Shown here: positions 1-13,024 of the stretch, in pieces
Layout: each line of letters starts with the position of its first letter
Numbering within the stretch: position 1 is the first letter of the stretch
DNA from: Octopus vulgaris
Lineage: Eukaryota
Direction of reading: 5' to 3'
Assembly (NCBI GenBank): GCA_951406725.2
Contig: OX597820.1
Location: forward strand, 37,944,001 to 38,008,000
Length of the DNA: 64,000 nucleotides
The notes under the pieces: generated by a model
Told to the model about the DNA's origin: nothing
The model's input: the letters and a program-made list of their open reading frames with translations, nothing else
The model's database searches: none
Made by a program: the position numbers and the translations under genes

Positions 1-261
1 ACTCGCAAGGCTTTGATCGGCTCAATGACACAGTCTCAAACGGTTTCATGTTGAGACGATTGGCACTTCCTTTTATATTTTTATTTTCATGGGTAAAAAT
101 ACGACCACTTTTATATTTTAGGAGCAAACAACTATTAACGGAAGCTCATGGGAGATTAAACTAGGGCGTTGTGCTTGGACTGTTCCGGAAGAGAATACAT
201 AGACCTGGACTGCAAAGCTACTCGCGACAGAAATTACATTCAAGATGTAAATTGAAGAACA

Positions 262-740
<479 letters not shown>

Positions 741-3700
741 TTTTGTTATTTAGGAAGAACGATATATGTTCTGGGAAGAAGTACTCGAGTGGGTCAACAG
801 GTTGATTCATATTTTTACCACCGTGGAAGCATAAAAGGCGAAATCGATTTAGAGGAGATTTGGAACTAGAAAAGGACAAAACCTAATAAAGAAGATGGAG
901 AGGAAAGTAAATGGATTTATTATATTGACATAAAACTTTTAACAAAAGTTGTCAGATGTTTTATAGGAAATTCCAAAACAACGATTTTTGTAGGAAGTGA
1001 CCTACTGACCAGAATATGATACATGAATGCTGTATCATATCTTCAAGGTCTATCTATTTCTCAAAACTACCGACATTTCGCGGCGAATTATTGCTTGTCT
1101 GTTAATGTTCTTAAAAATGTTTCGAAAAAAATAACAAAAACAAAAAAAAAAACTCAGAAAAACCATTTGATGATGTAATCGATTAAAATAAAATGAGACA
1201 CAAAATGAATACAATAAAGAAAACGCATCATCTCTTTACTTTCAATTTGTGGTATATCTGATGAAAATAATGGATTTTTAAAAGCGAGTTGTGAGAAAAC
1301 AATCACTTGTTTAATGGTAAGAATAGAATCTAAACGGTGATCTATAGAAAACTATTAATGGCTAAACTATTCTCAAATGAATCAATAAAGCACTTTCAAA
1401 AATTGAAGGAAAAATAATAACAAATTATAAGTGTCGTCAACGAGCAAAGTCTGTAAATAAATTTGAATTGATTTGTGTCGAAAGCTTTTTGTTTCGTTTT
1501 TACTTTTTTTTCCTGCTTTTTACTTTTGAGGTCAGAAAACATTGGTAACGGAAATAAAAATTCTCTGGACAGCCATGATATGGTTTGTTGAGGTTGACTT
1601 GCTGTCTGGAAAATTTAAAACCTAATATTTGTCTCCAATGAGAGGAATTATTTAAAAATTGCTGTACATAATATTATCATTAGTTCAGTATGAATGGTTC
1701 AATGTGAACCAGGAATGTAGACGTTTAAGCGTACGCCAAAATAAATAGAATATTTATATTTCTATGTTTTTTTTTATAGAAATGACTTATTCTCTACGGT
1801 ACGTTTCTCTTGGTCTATTGAAGATTGCGTAACCACTGAGCATCGAGCGACTACAACGTGACTGCCGATAGATAGAACATTTATATTCGGATTACTGTAT
1901 GGGACACCCGATTACCAGCAAATAGGAGAAGGGACAAACTCGAATTATGTGCAAAATTCAGAAGTGTGCTAACTTTTCGTCAACTACAGTGTTTCGTGAA
2001 GGGATGCGGTTAAGAATAACAAGATTCTTGCTATTTATAAAAATCTACAAAAGTTTTCTTTTTAATCAAAGCACTGAAAAAAAAAACGGATCTTATATCT
2101 TGTGCTCAAGAGAATTATCTAAGCATTTCATTACTTGAAAACCACGAATACTGTCACTGACAGATTGATATGGCTGGTAGGAAACACTGAAATGAAAACC
2201 AGTAGAAGAGAGTCATGACAATCAAGTAGAAGATAGTCAAGACAACCAATCTTTAATTTGGTGAAGATATTGGTAAAATGTTAAGAAAAAAAAACGTAGA
2301 GATGATCAAAATCATAACATGTCTGATAGTGTACGAGTGAACTGGCAGAGTTGTTTGAGCATCGGATTAAATACAATACATCATTTATTTCAACACTGCG
2401 CTCTGAGTTCAAATACTACTGGGGAAAACTTCGATTTTTCCCTTCTGGGTCGATAAAAATGTACCAAAACAAAGCGGCATAGATTATCGTGCGTGACATT
2501 TGGACCAGACACTTTGTGTTATTATTATCGCCTCTTTGCATTCTGTGTTCAAATCTCTCCATAGTCTACACTTGCACTAGGCTAAGATGAGGTTTATTCG
2601 CCACACGGTATAACACGATTACCAAGCACTTTGGGTAGTTTCAACGGTGTCTATTCTTTTGCAAGCATTCGAGCCAGACTGGTCTCCTTCCCCCCATCCA
2701 GCCAATCTGGGAAGTCCTTTAAAACCTCATCGACTCCTCCGTCCCTTCTGACTAAGTTCATAATGATAGGGCATGTTTCTAGTTTAAATTAGCTACTTGA
2801 TAATTATTGTTGCAAGTAAAATGCAGGTGATAGAATACATCTAGGGACCACACATAAGCATTTTGGATCTGTGTTAACCAAAGCTAAAGTCGGCTTTACT
2901 ACAATAATCACGAGAGCAAAAAAGCTAAAACTAGGATAAATTGTGGCTGAATGCGGATTCTCAGAGAAACTAACATCATAATCAGCACATTTCAGTTGAA
3001 CAAAATATTAGGAAGAACAAATTTTTTAAAAACATCCTGACATTTAAGGAATGAAGAGTCGTTGTAGAAAGGTCAGTAGAAAAATGTCGGGTTACCAAAT
3101 CATCTATATTTTATTTTCCCGTCTCTATAAAGAACTTCCTTTTCTCAGTATAAATAATTCGCTAACAGGTGGCTGCTAAAAGTACTGTCATAGATGCATT
3201 GTCACACGATGTTCTTGCTAAAAGTATAAACAATGTGATCGGCAGGACGGGGCTGTCTTACGACATTTATAAAACGTTGATGTTGCTCACAAATCAATGA
3301 AAGAGTTCTTACATGGTCGTTCGGTCTGCAAGAAATAGTAGCCACATAGTTCTAAAACCACATTCTACCGACTTCAAAAAGGAGGAATAAATCAGATTAC
3401 AGTCACTAATATACAAAAATATGTAAGGTTTTGACCATAGGTTTGTTCGATTAAACTAAAATCACAACACAGACAATAGTAACAGCAATAACTACAATTG
3501 ACATTGAGTACATCCACAAAAGAAATCGTGGTAGATTATTCTCATCAGAACTTCCGCCAAACGCTAATATAAATTGCGGGTATGGCTAGTTCAGAAGGAA
3601 ACATTGTATACCATTGAAGAGGTTGTTCCACGGGAGATCGCATTTCCATTGAGCCTCAGTTAAATGAGAACATATATGGACAGCTGCCTTGAAATATGCA

Positions 3701-4959
3701 GCTTCTTTATACATTTACATTTGTACCAGTAATTATTGCTTCACTTGTTTCCAATGTTTCCGAACATTTAACTGTAATTTTGGAAAACTATGGTTTCAAA
3801 GAAAGACAATCTATTTCAAAACCAACCATTTAAACTCTTATAGCGCGCAGGCAATTCAATCTGTAAGTATAAATGTAAAAATGCAAAATATGTCTGAAGT
3901 TTAGAATGTAACTCTGTACTTTTGTTGATGGCTAACATTTAACAATAAAGCTTTGTTTCTAAGTAAAAGACATTCCGTTTTATGGAGTGAATTCAAACAA
4001 TAAATAAAAATGAATCCATTCATGTAACCATCAATAAATCTAAATTCCTTATCTTATAACATATTAGTGACTATGCTGGCAACACGGATAATAACGGATA
4101 CTGATTTCGAAGATTTAGCTGAGATAAATATCCTTTTCGTTCAAAATACCAGATAGACGTGATAAAGCGGTCGAAATATTAAAAACATTTTGTAATTTCT
4201 TTTTGAATTAACACTGAAAATATTCCAAGTAAAGAATATAATATTTTTTTAGATTTAAGATTAGAAACTAAAATATTATGATATGAGGCTATGCAAAATG
4301 ACGTACTTTCAGCATTAATGTTAGAAATTTGATATTTTTCGTAACACTTTTCTTTTATTTTCTATTTTAATAAATGGAAGAATGAAACTGTCTATAGCGG
4401 CGATAAATGATTTAATAGCGTCTCTGATAAGTTTCATATTTTGATTTAAATTCAAACCATTGATCGAAACGTGATTAGATATGAAAATGGTATTTTCCTG
4501 AAAGGATAGTATGTCTAACGAACGTAATATGGTGCGTATATTTAGCTACTCGTCACACATTTCTATTTTGTTGTGGTATTGTTGCTACAGACTTTGTTGT
4601 TACCAAGAGTTTTATGAAATCTATACAATGAAATACTCAAGACTGTTTGACTGAGATTTTACTGTGAAGTTTATGAAGCTTATGATAATGTACTTTTCCT
4701 TTTCAGTTTCGGGGGATTCCACTATTATCATATTTCTTTATAATCATGAATTTCAAATTTTCAGTATTTACATGAGAGTTAGAATTGCTCATTGTTGTGA
4801 TTTGCTGTTCTTGTTGTTACTGCTACTGCTGCTTAGTCTCAGAAGTCGAGGTCCGGACAACGTTGTGTGGTTAAGCTGTTCGATTGGGATCTATATGGTT
4901 TCACAATCTATTTTACAGCACGCCTCATCGAGCAAAAATCTATCATAGCCTTGGATCTA

Positions 4960-5325
4960 ATATTTTACTTGTTTCAGTCACTGAACTGAGGCAATGTTGC
5001 AGCAACACCATACAGGGTTATTCGAAAAAATACACACCAGTGGGTATTTTAAGACTGGTACTTGTTTTATCGGTTTCTTTTACTGATCTGTTATCTTGCA
5101 GGGATGTAAACAAATTAAAGCTGGTCAAGAGGTGTGTGAACAAAAATAAAGACACATATACTAGACAGGTTTCTACATAGTTTCTGCCAACGAAGCTCAT
5201 CCACAAGGCATTGGTAGACCAAGAACTAAAGTAGACTGTACTTGCTTAAGGTGCTGCGCAGAGGGTCAAAACTGGTAACCACGTGGGTGAGAAGCAAAAT
5301 TTTTAACTACACAGCGATGCCTGCT
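4960..5325 (-). mobile_element. tRNA-derived SINE family A, degenerate copy
   Basis: The reverse complement matches the copies at 38873, 42955 and 49691 (gccttgtg..gatt.ggtaga..aaactg; cagt.a..tgactgaaacaagtaa 3' end). Confidence 0.7.
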
Positions 5326-5586
5326 CTTGAAAAATTGTGAGAAAAATTTGGTAGACTGAAAGTGTGAGAGGAACCTTCCTTGTTCTCGAAAGGTAGCCCC
5401 GATAAGTCAACCGGTCCAACACCTTAACAAAACAACTGTTTCTTTCTAGAGATGTTCACCCACTTGCAAGCATTTTTGATGCAGTCTTCGGTTTGAAGAC
5501 AACTTTCATCAAATCTCAGTTGGTCTGGACAGAGTTAAATCACTGCAGCATTCGAATGGCATTTTCCGTGGTTTATACTTATGAGA

Positions 5587-5785
5587 CTAGCTATTTTGAC
5601 CCGTGTAGCCCCGAGCGACTTGCAACCCTCCTCACACAATTGCTCACCCCATTTGCACCCCCCAGTTTAAATTTTGGCGCCAATCCTATCCCATCTACCG
5701 CCCCTTAAACCGTTTTCATTCCAAAATGAGACAAATAACCAAGAAATCAAACAACTTTTTCGTATTTCAGCTTTATAGATATTGA
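5587..5785 (-). mobile_element. Short non-autonomous Helitron-like element
   Basis: The minus strand begins A|TCaatatctataaa and ends ctcggggctacacgggt-caaaatag-CTAG|T. This gives 5'-TC and 3'-CTAG ends, a weak subterminal hairpin and an A|T insertion site. Confidence 0.45.
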
Positions 5786-5844
5786 TAAACGATTGTGTTT
5801 TCATCTAAATGGCCAAATGTTTGAAGTTATCATTTCCGCAAATG

Positions 5845-5962
5845 TCTCTTTCTCTCTCTGTCTCACATACTCTCTCTCTCCCCTCTCTCTCTCTGTATAT
5901 ATATATATACACACACATATATATATGTGTGTATGCATATATCTATATGAATATATATTATA

Positions 5963-6052
<90 letters not shown>

Positions 6053-6068
6053 TGTATATGTATATACA
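5845..6068. repeat. (CT)n + (TA)n compound microsatellite
   Basis: Direct reading. Confidence 0.95.
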
Positions 6069-6499
6069 TTAAAAAATAATAATAACAGAATCAATAATGT
6101 AGGTGACTACAGGCCAAAGAAAAGCATTAAATAACTGAAGGCTTAAAAATAATCAAAGGACATACTAAGTATGTTTGCCTGCTGGAAATAACAGTTACAA
6201 TTCTTATCTAAATCGCCAAAAATATACTAATGATTAATACAGAAATCAACCGAAAGTAGATCAGGTTGATAAAATCTGCAACTGTACAATTAAGTATTTG
6301 GACTCACGTGGGCAGGTTTTTGCACTGGCAAAAAATCGCCTCAGCTTTTCCAGCACGCATTACCATGATAGAGACCCCCAACCTATCGTATTGATGTCTG
6401 CGTCGCAACTGATTCTGTTTGCGCCGAAATCAATTACAGCCACCAGTGAGGAAATACTCTCGACACAAGGGCAAACAATTCACGAGAAAAATGTATAAA

Positions 6500-6638
6500 T
6501 GTACATATATGTATATATATGTATGTATATGTACATATATGTATATATATGTATGTATATGTACATATATGTATATATATGTATGTATATGTACATATAT
6601 GTATATATATGTATGTATATGTACATATATGCATATAT
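6500..6638. repeat. 30-bp minisatellite (gtacatatatgtatatatatgtatgtatat) x about 4.5
   Basis: Exact 30-bp periodicity is visible on consecutive lines. Confidence 0.9.
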
Positions 6639-7225
6639 AATTTGAATGGAGGCAATACGAACGGAAAACTAGAGGAACATGACCTATTATCCAATAGAAT
6701 ATTCAGTATATATGTGTACCTTTTTCGACATTAATAAATCAAAATAAAGTTCGAAATAATATTAGTATTAAAAACATTCAAGCATATAAACATATAAATA
6801 TTTAATATTTAAAAACAAACAAATATTTAAAAATACGTAGGCATTTTAAAAATATATAAACACATAAATAGATACATAAACAGATATAAAAAAAACGTTG
6901 ATATGATATAAGACAAAGTGAATTATAAATTCACACGATATGATATAAAGGAATAATAATTTACAAGTTACAATACAAGCGTATAAAATGTTTAAAAACT
7001 CGTAGGTTTTTTTAAATATTTTAAAGTATTTATAAGTACGCAGGCAAAATAGAAAACATTGACATGATATATGATATTGTGTGAATTATTAAATCACAGA
7101 ATAAGATACAAAGGAATTAAAAATTTACAAGTTACAACAGGAAGGGTAGTGGAAAGTTTGAAACTATATAACATTAAAAGGACATACTAATATACGAAGA
7201 TAATGCTTAATGCATCCAAAAATTT

Positions 7226-7309
7226 CATCGACGGGCCGTTTCGGAGACGTGTCAGATGTGAGATAAATTTCATATTTTAAAGGAAAGAGACACTCCTCTC
7301 ATCAGGATG
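7226..7309 (-). ncRNA. Type I hammerhead ribozyme with extended helix II
   Basis: Minus strand reads catc-CTGATGA-GAGGAGTGTC...GACACGTCTCC-GAAA-CGGCCCG-TC-gatg. Helix I is catc/gatg, the core is canonical, helix III is near-palindromic and the cleavage triplet is GUC. Confidence 0.8.
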
Positions 7310-7458
7310 CTCCACAATACGAAAGACACAGTGAAAACAACATAGAAAAGGACAACTTACATCATTACATTCTAGCCAAATCGAAAAAAGACTTTTTCGA
7401 TTTGGCAAGAATGTATTATTATCTGACACGTCTCCGAAACGGCCTGTCGATGAAACTT

Positions 7459-7600
7459 TATGGTTCCGAGTTCAGTCCAACTGCGTGGCACCTTGAACAA
7501 GTGTCTTCTACTATAGCCTCGGGGCAACCAAAGCCTTCTGAGTGGATTTGGTAGACGGAAACTGAAAGTACCCTGTCGTATACATATATATGTATATATA
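7459..7600 (+). mobile_element. SINE family A, 5'-truncated
   Basis: ggttccgagttcagtccaactgcgtggcaccttgaacaagtgtcttctactatagcctc...gagtggatttggtagacggaaactgaaag, shared with the other copies in the window. Confidence 0.8.
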
Positions 7601-8750
7601 TGCTTTGTGTATCAGTGACTACATAGCCCAGCGTATCTTCGTTTAAGTTAGTAAGGTGTAATATGTGTAAGATTTGGCTGCAATTTTTAGCAGGTGGAGC
7701 GATCATGCAGAGGCTACCCCGCTACAAATGGGTAAAGTCAATGTATCAGACACTGGTGGTTGTAGTAGGAAAATGTATCACTTGCAGCACGTAGAAACTG
7801 GAGAGGCCATTATCTTTGTGAATCCCTATAATTTTTCTTTCAATGGGAAAGGTAACACCGCATAAACGAAACGACGTGAAAAGCAGGGCGAGGCAAACAT
7901 AGATAAACAAGTCGAGGTGGCCGTCGCTAAACCGGACTAGATAAGCATGGATAAAATGTAGTGGACATATAAACTGGACAAGGCATCCATCGATAAACCG
8001 CACATAGCAACCATAAAATCAAATAGGTAAGTATGAATAAAACGGGTAAAATAACAACGGACAAAAAAGGGGACATTGTAATAAACCAGGAAAGCTATTA
8101 ATCAATAATCCTGATGTGGTAACCGTAGTTAAAACTGATGAAATATGCACACAAAAACTGGACGACAAAAACGACAAAATGATGTGTAATTAAACGACAG
8201 TCGTCAGCGAAGATTCCAGTATTTTCTTCCTAGTAATTGCTTGCTTTCTAGTTTTCGCAACACTAAATTTCATAATGGAAGCGCTTCACTAGAGTATCGA
8301 TCGGTTTATTATTTTGATATAAACCAATGATTTTATAGCTATAACAGCAGCACATCGACATTCAGGGTCTCTTGACGTCGATCGAACTAATATTGATGTG
8401 TAGCAAATTACTGCCACCTCATACGGTTTCGTGATATTAAAGTTGATGTTGAGGTCAGGTCAAAGTCTTTAAAATATTGGCTTATACTCTAAGCCAAAAC
8501 AAACCTCCATCAACAATTGAATTGATTTTAGAACACCAGCATACATACACACAATATACGCCTACACAAATGTACAGAATAGGCAATAGCGCATACACCC
8601 ATTCAAATATACATACACTCATGCACATAAACACAGACAGACACACACTTCATTACTTTTAATTAAAACTTCTCTGTATATGTGTATGTGTGTATGTGTG
8701 TCCTTGTGAATAAATGTATGTGCCTATGTATATAAACACATAATATATAC

Positions 8751-8790
<40 letters not shown>

Positions 8791-8795
<5 letters not shown>

Positions 8796-9005
8796 TAATT
8801 CGGCAGGAGGACTTAAACGACATGCAAAGGTATATGAAGCCCAGTTACAAACTACAGCCGGCTATTACCGGTAAAGGTTTTAGTTGCCAATTCTGCACAA
8901 GACATAATAGATCTTTAGCTGGGCTAAAAGGTCACATTCGATCACGGCACCAGCAACAGTTAAGCTTCGTGCAATGGCCATACTCGATAACGAGGGGGCA
9001 GCCAT

Positions 9006-9008
<3 letters not shown>
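8791..9008 (+). mobile_element. 3' terminus of an RTE-type LINE (C-terminal C2H2 finger)
   Basis: ORF 8822 encodes FSCQFCTRHNRSLAGLKGHIRSRH, resembling the CxxC..SxxGLxxHxRxH C-terminal finger of RTE-clade ORFs. It ends at a (CA)n tract. Confidence 0.5.
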
Positions 9009-9040
<32 letters not shown>

Positions 9041-9043
9041 GCA

Positions 9044-9106
<63 letters not shown>

Positions 9107-9453
9107 GTGGCACAAGAACGCAAAACATCCAGGCAGACAATACAAAGAAAACAAGGACCGGTCATTCGGAGTTTTCTTTCCTCAGTAGAGTTACAGATTA
9201 TCTTTGCAATTTCGGCTGGTTATACTCGAGATTGCTTCAATCTGACCAGCCCTAAAGAAAACGAAGCTAAGAGCATTAGAATCCATAGAAGAAAAGAGGG
9301 AATTAATACGAAATGAAGAACGGAAAAACGGAGAAATGTTACACAAATACAAATGCAAATAACAGGACATAACAACAGGTGTCTTTCGACTAAGGACGAA
9401 TTTGATTAAGCTGGAGTGTGTGGAAGTAAAGCCTTACGGCAGGGAAAGCAGTG

Positions 9454-9484
<31 letters not shown>

Positions 9485-9540
9485 TAGTGAATTGAAGAAA
9501 TGGAGTTGAACGAAGATTGAACAGAATTCCTTTTATTGCA

Positions 9541-9620
9541 TTCTACACATGTTTCGAAAGCCACAATTTTCCAAATTCTGATTGAATAAGGATACCATAT
9601 TGTGGCTTTCTCTTCAGGAA
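9541..9620 (-). ncRNA. Type I hammerhead ribozyme (mirror copy in left palindrome arm)
   Basis: Reverse complement of the 9816-9895 motif. Confidence 0.75.
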
Positions 9621-9815
9621 AAAAAATTGGAATTCCGTTGGCAGAACAAAACAGAACAGAGGCGCAGCAAAGCAATTTGAACGAGGAGGCTCTTTAAGAG
9701 CCCATGACTGAACTGATTATCAGTTCAGCCATGGGCTCTTAAAGAGCCTCCTCGTTCAAATTGCTTTGCTGCGCCTCTGTTCTGTTTTGTTCTGCCAACG
9801 GAATTCCAATTTTTT

Positions 9816-9895
9816 TTCCTGAAGAGAAAGCCACAATATGGTATCCTTATTCAATCAGAATTTGGAAAATTGTGGCTTTCGAAACATGTGTAGAA
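9816..9895 (+). ncRNA. Type I hammerhead ribozyme with 12-bp helix II
   Basis: ttc-CTGAAGA-GAAAGCCACAAT...ATTGTGGCTTTC-GAAA-CATGTG-TA-gaa. Canonical core, perfect 12-bp helix II, self-complementary helix III (ACATGTGT), GUA site; helix I is only 3 bp. Confidence 0.78.
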
Positions 9896-10179
9896 TGCAA
9901 TAAAAGGAATTCTGTTCAATCTTCGTTCAACTCCATTTCTTCAATTCACTAATAATATTAAAATTCAATTATCCGCACCAACGCACGGTTGCAACACCAA
10001 ATGGTTTTATCTCCAACCGTGCTTTCTTCTGCTGTGATTTTTGCTACCAAGGTATCGGTTAAACTTTTGATTAATCTGCAACAAGATTATTCATCTTTCT
10101 ATATATATACATATATATATATATATGTATATATTTATATGTACAGATGTATATGTATATCTATATGTGTATATGCGTA

Positions 10180-10242
<63 letters not shown>

Positions 10243-10248
<6 letters not shown>

Positions 10249-10430
10249 ATATTTCGGAATGGTCACTTTGCCAGTTTAGCCAATAAAAACACACGCACTA
10301 CATATTTGGTGTTATTTTGCTTCATTGTTATTTATATTTTACATTAATCTTAGTCTTATTTCGGCCAGAGTTCTTGCGTGTGTTTTTATTGGCTAAACTG
10401 GCAAAATGACCATTCCGAAATATAACAATA
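10243..10430. repeat. ~55-bp inverted repeat in a (TA)n-bounded module
   Basis: ttgttatatttcggaatggtcactttgccagtttagccaataaaaacacacgca (10243-10297) has its reverse complement at 10375-10430. Confidence 0.9.
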
Positions 10431-10484
10431 TCTGTTTCAACTCACGACTTCACATAAAAAATCTTGCACAACAAATATTTAAAC

Positions 10485-10529
<45 letters not shown>

Positions 10530-10737
10530 TATGTATGTATGTGTTTGTTGTTCTTTGTCTTCGTTTGTCTCCCCACTATCGTTTGGCAACCGATGTTAGT
10601 GTGTTTACGTCTCTATCACTTAGCGGTTCCGCAAAAGAGACTAGGCTTGCAAAATAAAAGTCCTGGGGTCGATTTATTCGATTGAATGTGGTGCTCCAGC
10701 ATGACCGCAGTCAAATGACTGAAACTAGTAAAAGAAT
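10530..10737 (+). mobile_element. SINE family A, 3' half
   Basis: ttagcggttccgcaaaagagac...ctggggtcgatttattcga...ggtgctccagcatgaccgcagtcaaatgactgaaac, shared with the 39100-39250 and 43200-43350 regions. Confidence 0.8.
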
Positions 10738-10764
10738 ATATATATGCATATATGTATATATATG

Positions 10765-10841
<77 letters not shown>

Positions 10842-10924
10842 AAATATTAGGGAATAAATCCAAACTTACAGGGAAAAATCAGATTTAATAGTGGTTTTAT
10901 CTCTAATTTAATATAATATATATA

Positions 10925-10976
10925 GCAAAAACTGTCTGATGGACGGCAACGAGAAACTCAGAGTAACAGATTTTGT
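10925..10976 (+). ncRNA. Degenerate minimal type I hammerhead (same family as 23614-23657)
   Basis: aaaactgt-CTGATGG-ACG GCAA CGA-GAAA-CTCAGAG-TA-acagatttt. It has A9G and a helix II mismatch. The downstream ...tgctgctttaaataaag matches the 23.6-kb copy. Confidence 0.65.
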
Positions 10977-11001
10977 TGAATTTTCTGCTGCTTTAAATAA
11001 A

Positions 11002-11041
<40 letters not shown>

Positions 11042-11108
11042 ATGTATATATATATATAAATATATATAATGACTGAAACTAGTAAAATAATATATATATG
11101 CATATATG

Positions 11109-11148
<40 letters not shown>

Positions 11149-11174
11149 AATATATATGTGTGTGTGTGTGTACA

Positions 11175-11430
11175 TGCTGAGCCACCCCCCCCTTCGGTCA
11201 TGACTGACCATGGGATTGCACCTACAAAATTACCGTCCCAGGCACAAGTCCGGGTAAAGTTGTTTATGGAGACCAGCAGTCGTCCATGCCTCCCCTCCCC
11301 ACGCCACCAGTGTTATCCAAGGGAAAAATAATGGCCGATACAGCTTGGCACCAGTGATGTCGCAATTCATTTCTACAGCTGAGTGAACTGAGTGAAGTAA
11401 ACTGCCTTGCTCAAGAACACAACACGCAGT
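11175..11430 (-). mobile_element. SINE family C (CORE-like central domain)
   Basis: Minus strand gtgttgtgttcttgagcaaggcagtttacttcac...ctcagctgtagaaatgaattg matches the copies at 15708 and 30298. Confidence 0.65.
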
Positions 11431-11717
11431 ATGTATGTATATATGTTTATGCATATGTATGTATATATATATATGTGTGTGTGTGACTGCATAGATGTAC
11501 ATATATATATGTGTGTATATATATGTGTGTGTGACTGCATAGATGTACATATATATGTGTATATATATATGTATATATGCACATATGTATGTATATATAT
11601 GTATATATTTATATGTATATATGTACGTATATATTTATATACATGTACGCATCTATGTATGTATATATGTATATATGTATATATATATATGTATATATGT
11701 ATATACATATATATGTA

Positions 11718-11814
<97 letters not shown>

Positions 11815-11830
11815 TTATATGTATATATCT
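11430..11830. repeat. Degenerate (TA)n/(TATG)n microsatellite
   Basis: Direct reading. Confidence 0.95.
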
Positions 11831-11831
11831 A

Positions 11832-12942
11832 TCAGGTCATCCCATAAGTTTTGTTTGAATTTACCTTTTTTAAAATTGAATGAAATTTAATAGTATTTTA
11901 GAATGTCTAATGGAATTAAAAATTATGTTTATGCATCTGTGTACATTTAAACTAATTAAATATTATTTTACAGAATATTAGGATTAAAATTTATTTGATT
12001 AAATCTCTTTCTAAACTGGAAGTATCGAACGTGCAATGAGGCACATAATGCTTTATGAGTACAAAAATGGAAATTATACAGTCGAAGCGACTCGAAACAT
12101 TCACTCAGTTTATAGGAAAGAATGCCTGAATGAAAGAACTTGCATAAGATGGTTTGCAAAATTCAGAAGTGAAGATCTCAGGCTTGAAGATGAAGATTGA
12201 ACAGGACGTCCAGTTGAGTATGATGATAAACTCCTTGAGGCATTACTTGAGAATCCTGCATTATCAGTTGAAGAATTGGCAATAAAGCTTAGTTCAAACC
12301 ATACAACTGTTCATCGTCATTTTCAACAACTTGCAAAGTTTCCTAAACTGGGAAAATGGGTGCCTCATGAATTGTTCGAAAGCAACCCCAAATCTCGAGT
12401 TGACATCTGCTCTTCTCTCCATTCTCGCGAACACATTTCACCTTTTTTTGGATAGACTTGTGACTAGTGACGAAAAATGAATCATCTATGAAAATGTTAA
12501 ACGTCGTAAACAGTGGCTTGGTAAAAGGGAAAAAAGCTCAACCACGACCGAGAAGAGAACTTCATGGGAAAAAGTTTCTTCTCTTTATTTAGTGGGATTG
12601 CAAAGGAGTAATTCACTTTGAATTGTTTTTACCACCTAATGCAACAATCAATGCTGAAGTCTACTGTCAGCAATTAGAGCTTTTCAACTAAACTTTGAAG
12701 GAAAAAAGACCCGTTTTAATGAATCGAAAAGGAGTGATGTTTCACCAGGACAATGCGCGATCCCACACTGCAAAGATCAAATCCCAAAAGATCGAAGAGC
12801 TTGGTTGGGAAAAAATTCCTCATCCACCTTATTCTCCCGATAATCAGGGAAAGTATATTGATGATTAAATTTCAATTGAATATAACCTTTGATCACTTAT
12901 TTCCTTTATTCAAAATTCGGACAGAACTTATAGGATGACCTG

Positions 12943-12943
<1 letters not shown>
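11832..12943 (+). mobile_element. Mariner DNA transposon, decayed, with both TIRs and TA TSD
   Basis: TIRs are TA|tcaggtcatcccataagttttgtttgaattt and aaattcggacagaacttataggatgacctga|TA. The broken transposase has RHIMLYEY, RWFAKFR, GKWVPHEL, VTSDEK, FHQDNAR and HPPYSP; the 3' coding part is deleted. Confidence 0.92.
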
Positions 12944-12973
<30 letters not shown>

Positions 12974-12987
12974 TGTATGTATGTTTG

Positions 12988-13021
<34 letters not shown>

Positions 13022-13024
<3 letters not shown>

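Larger units (their letters stand above)
9483..9953. repeat. Near-perfect ~470-bp palindrome centred at 9718
   Basis: Identical 63-aa ORFs lie on opposite strands (9484-9675 minus, 9761-9952 plus). The centre is ctgaactgat-t-atcagttcag, with one visible mismatch (catgactg vs cagccatg). Confidence 0.95.

Noticed and set aside
9484-9952. Two identical 63-aa ORFs as a duplicated gene
   Set aside because: They are a by-product of the palindrome; the sequence is better explained as an HHR-bearing non-coding module.
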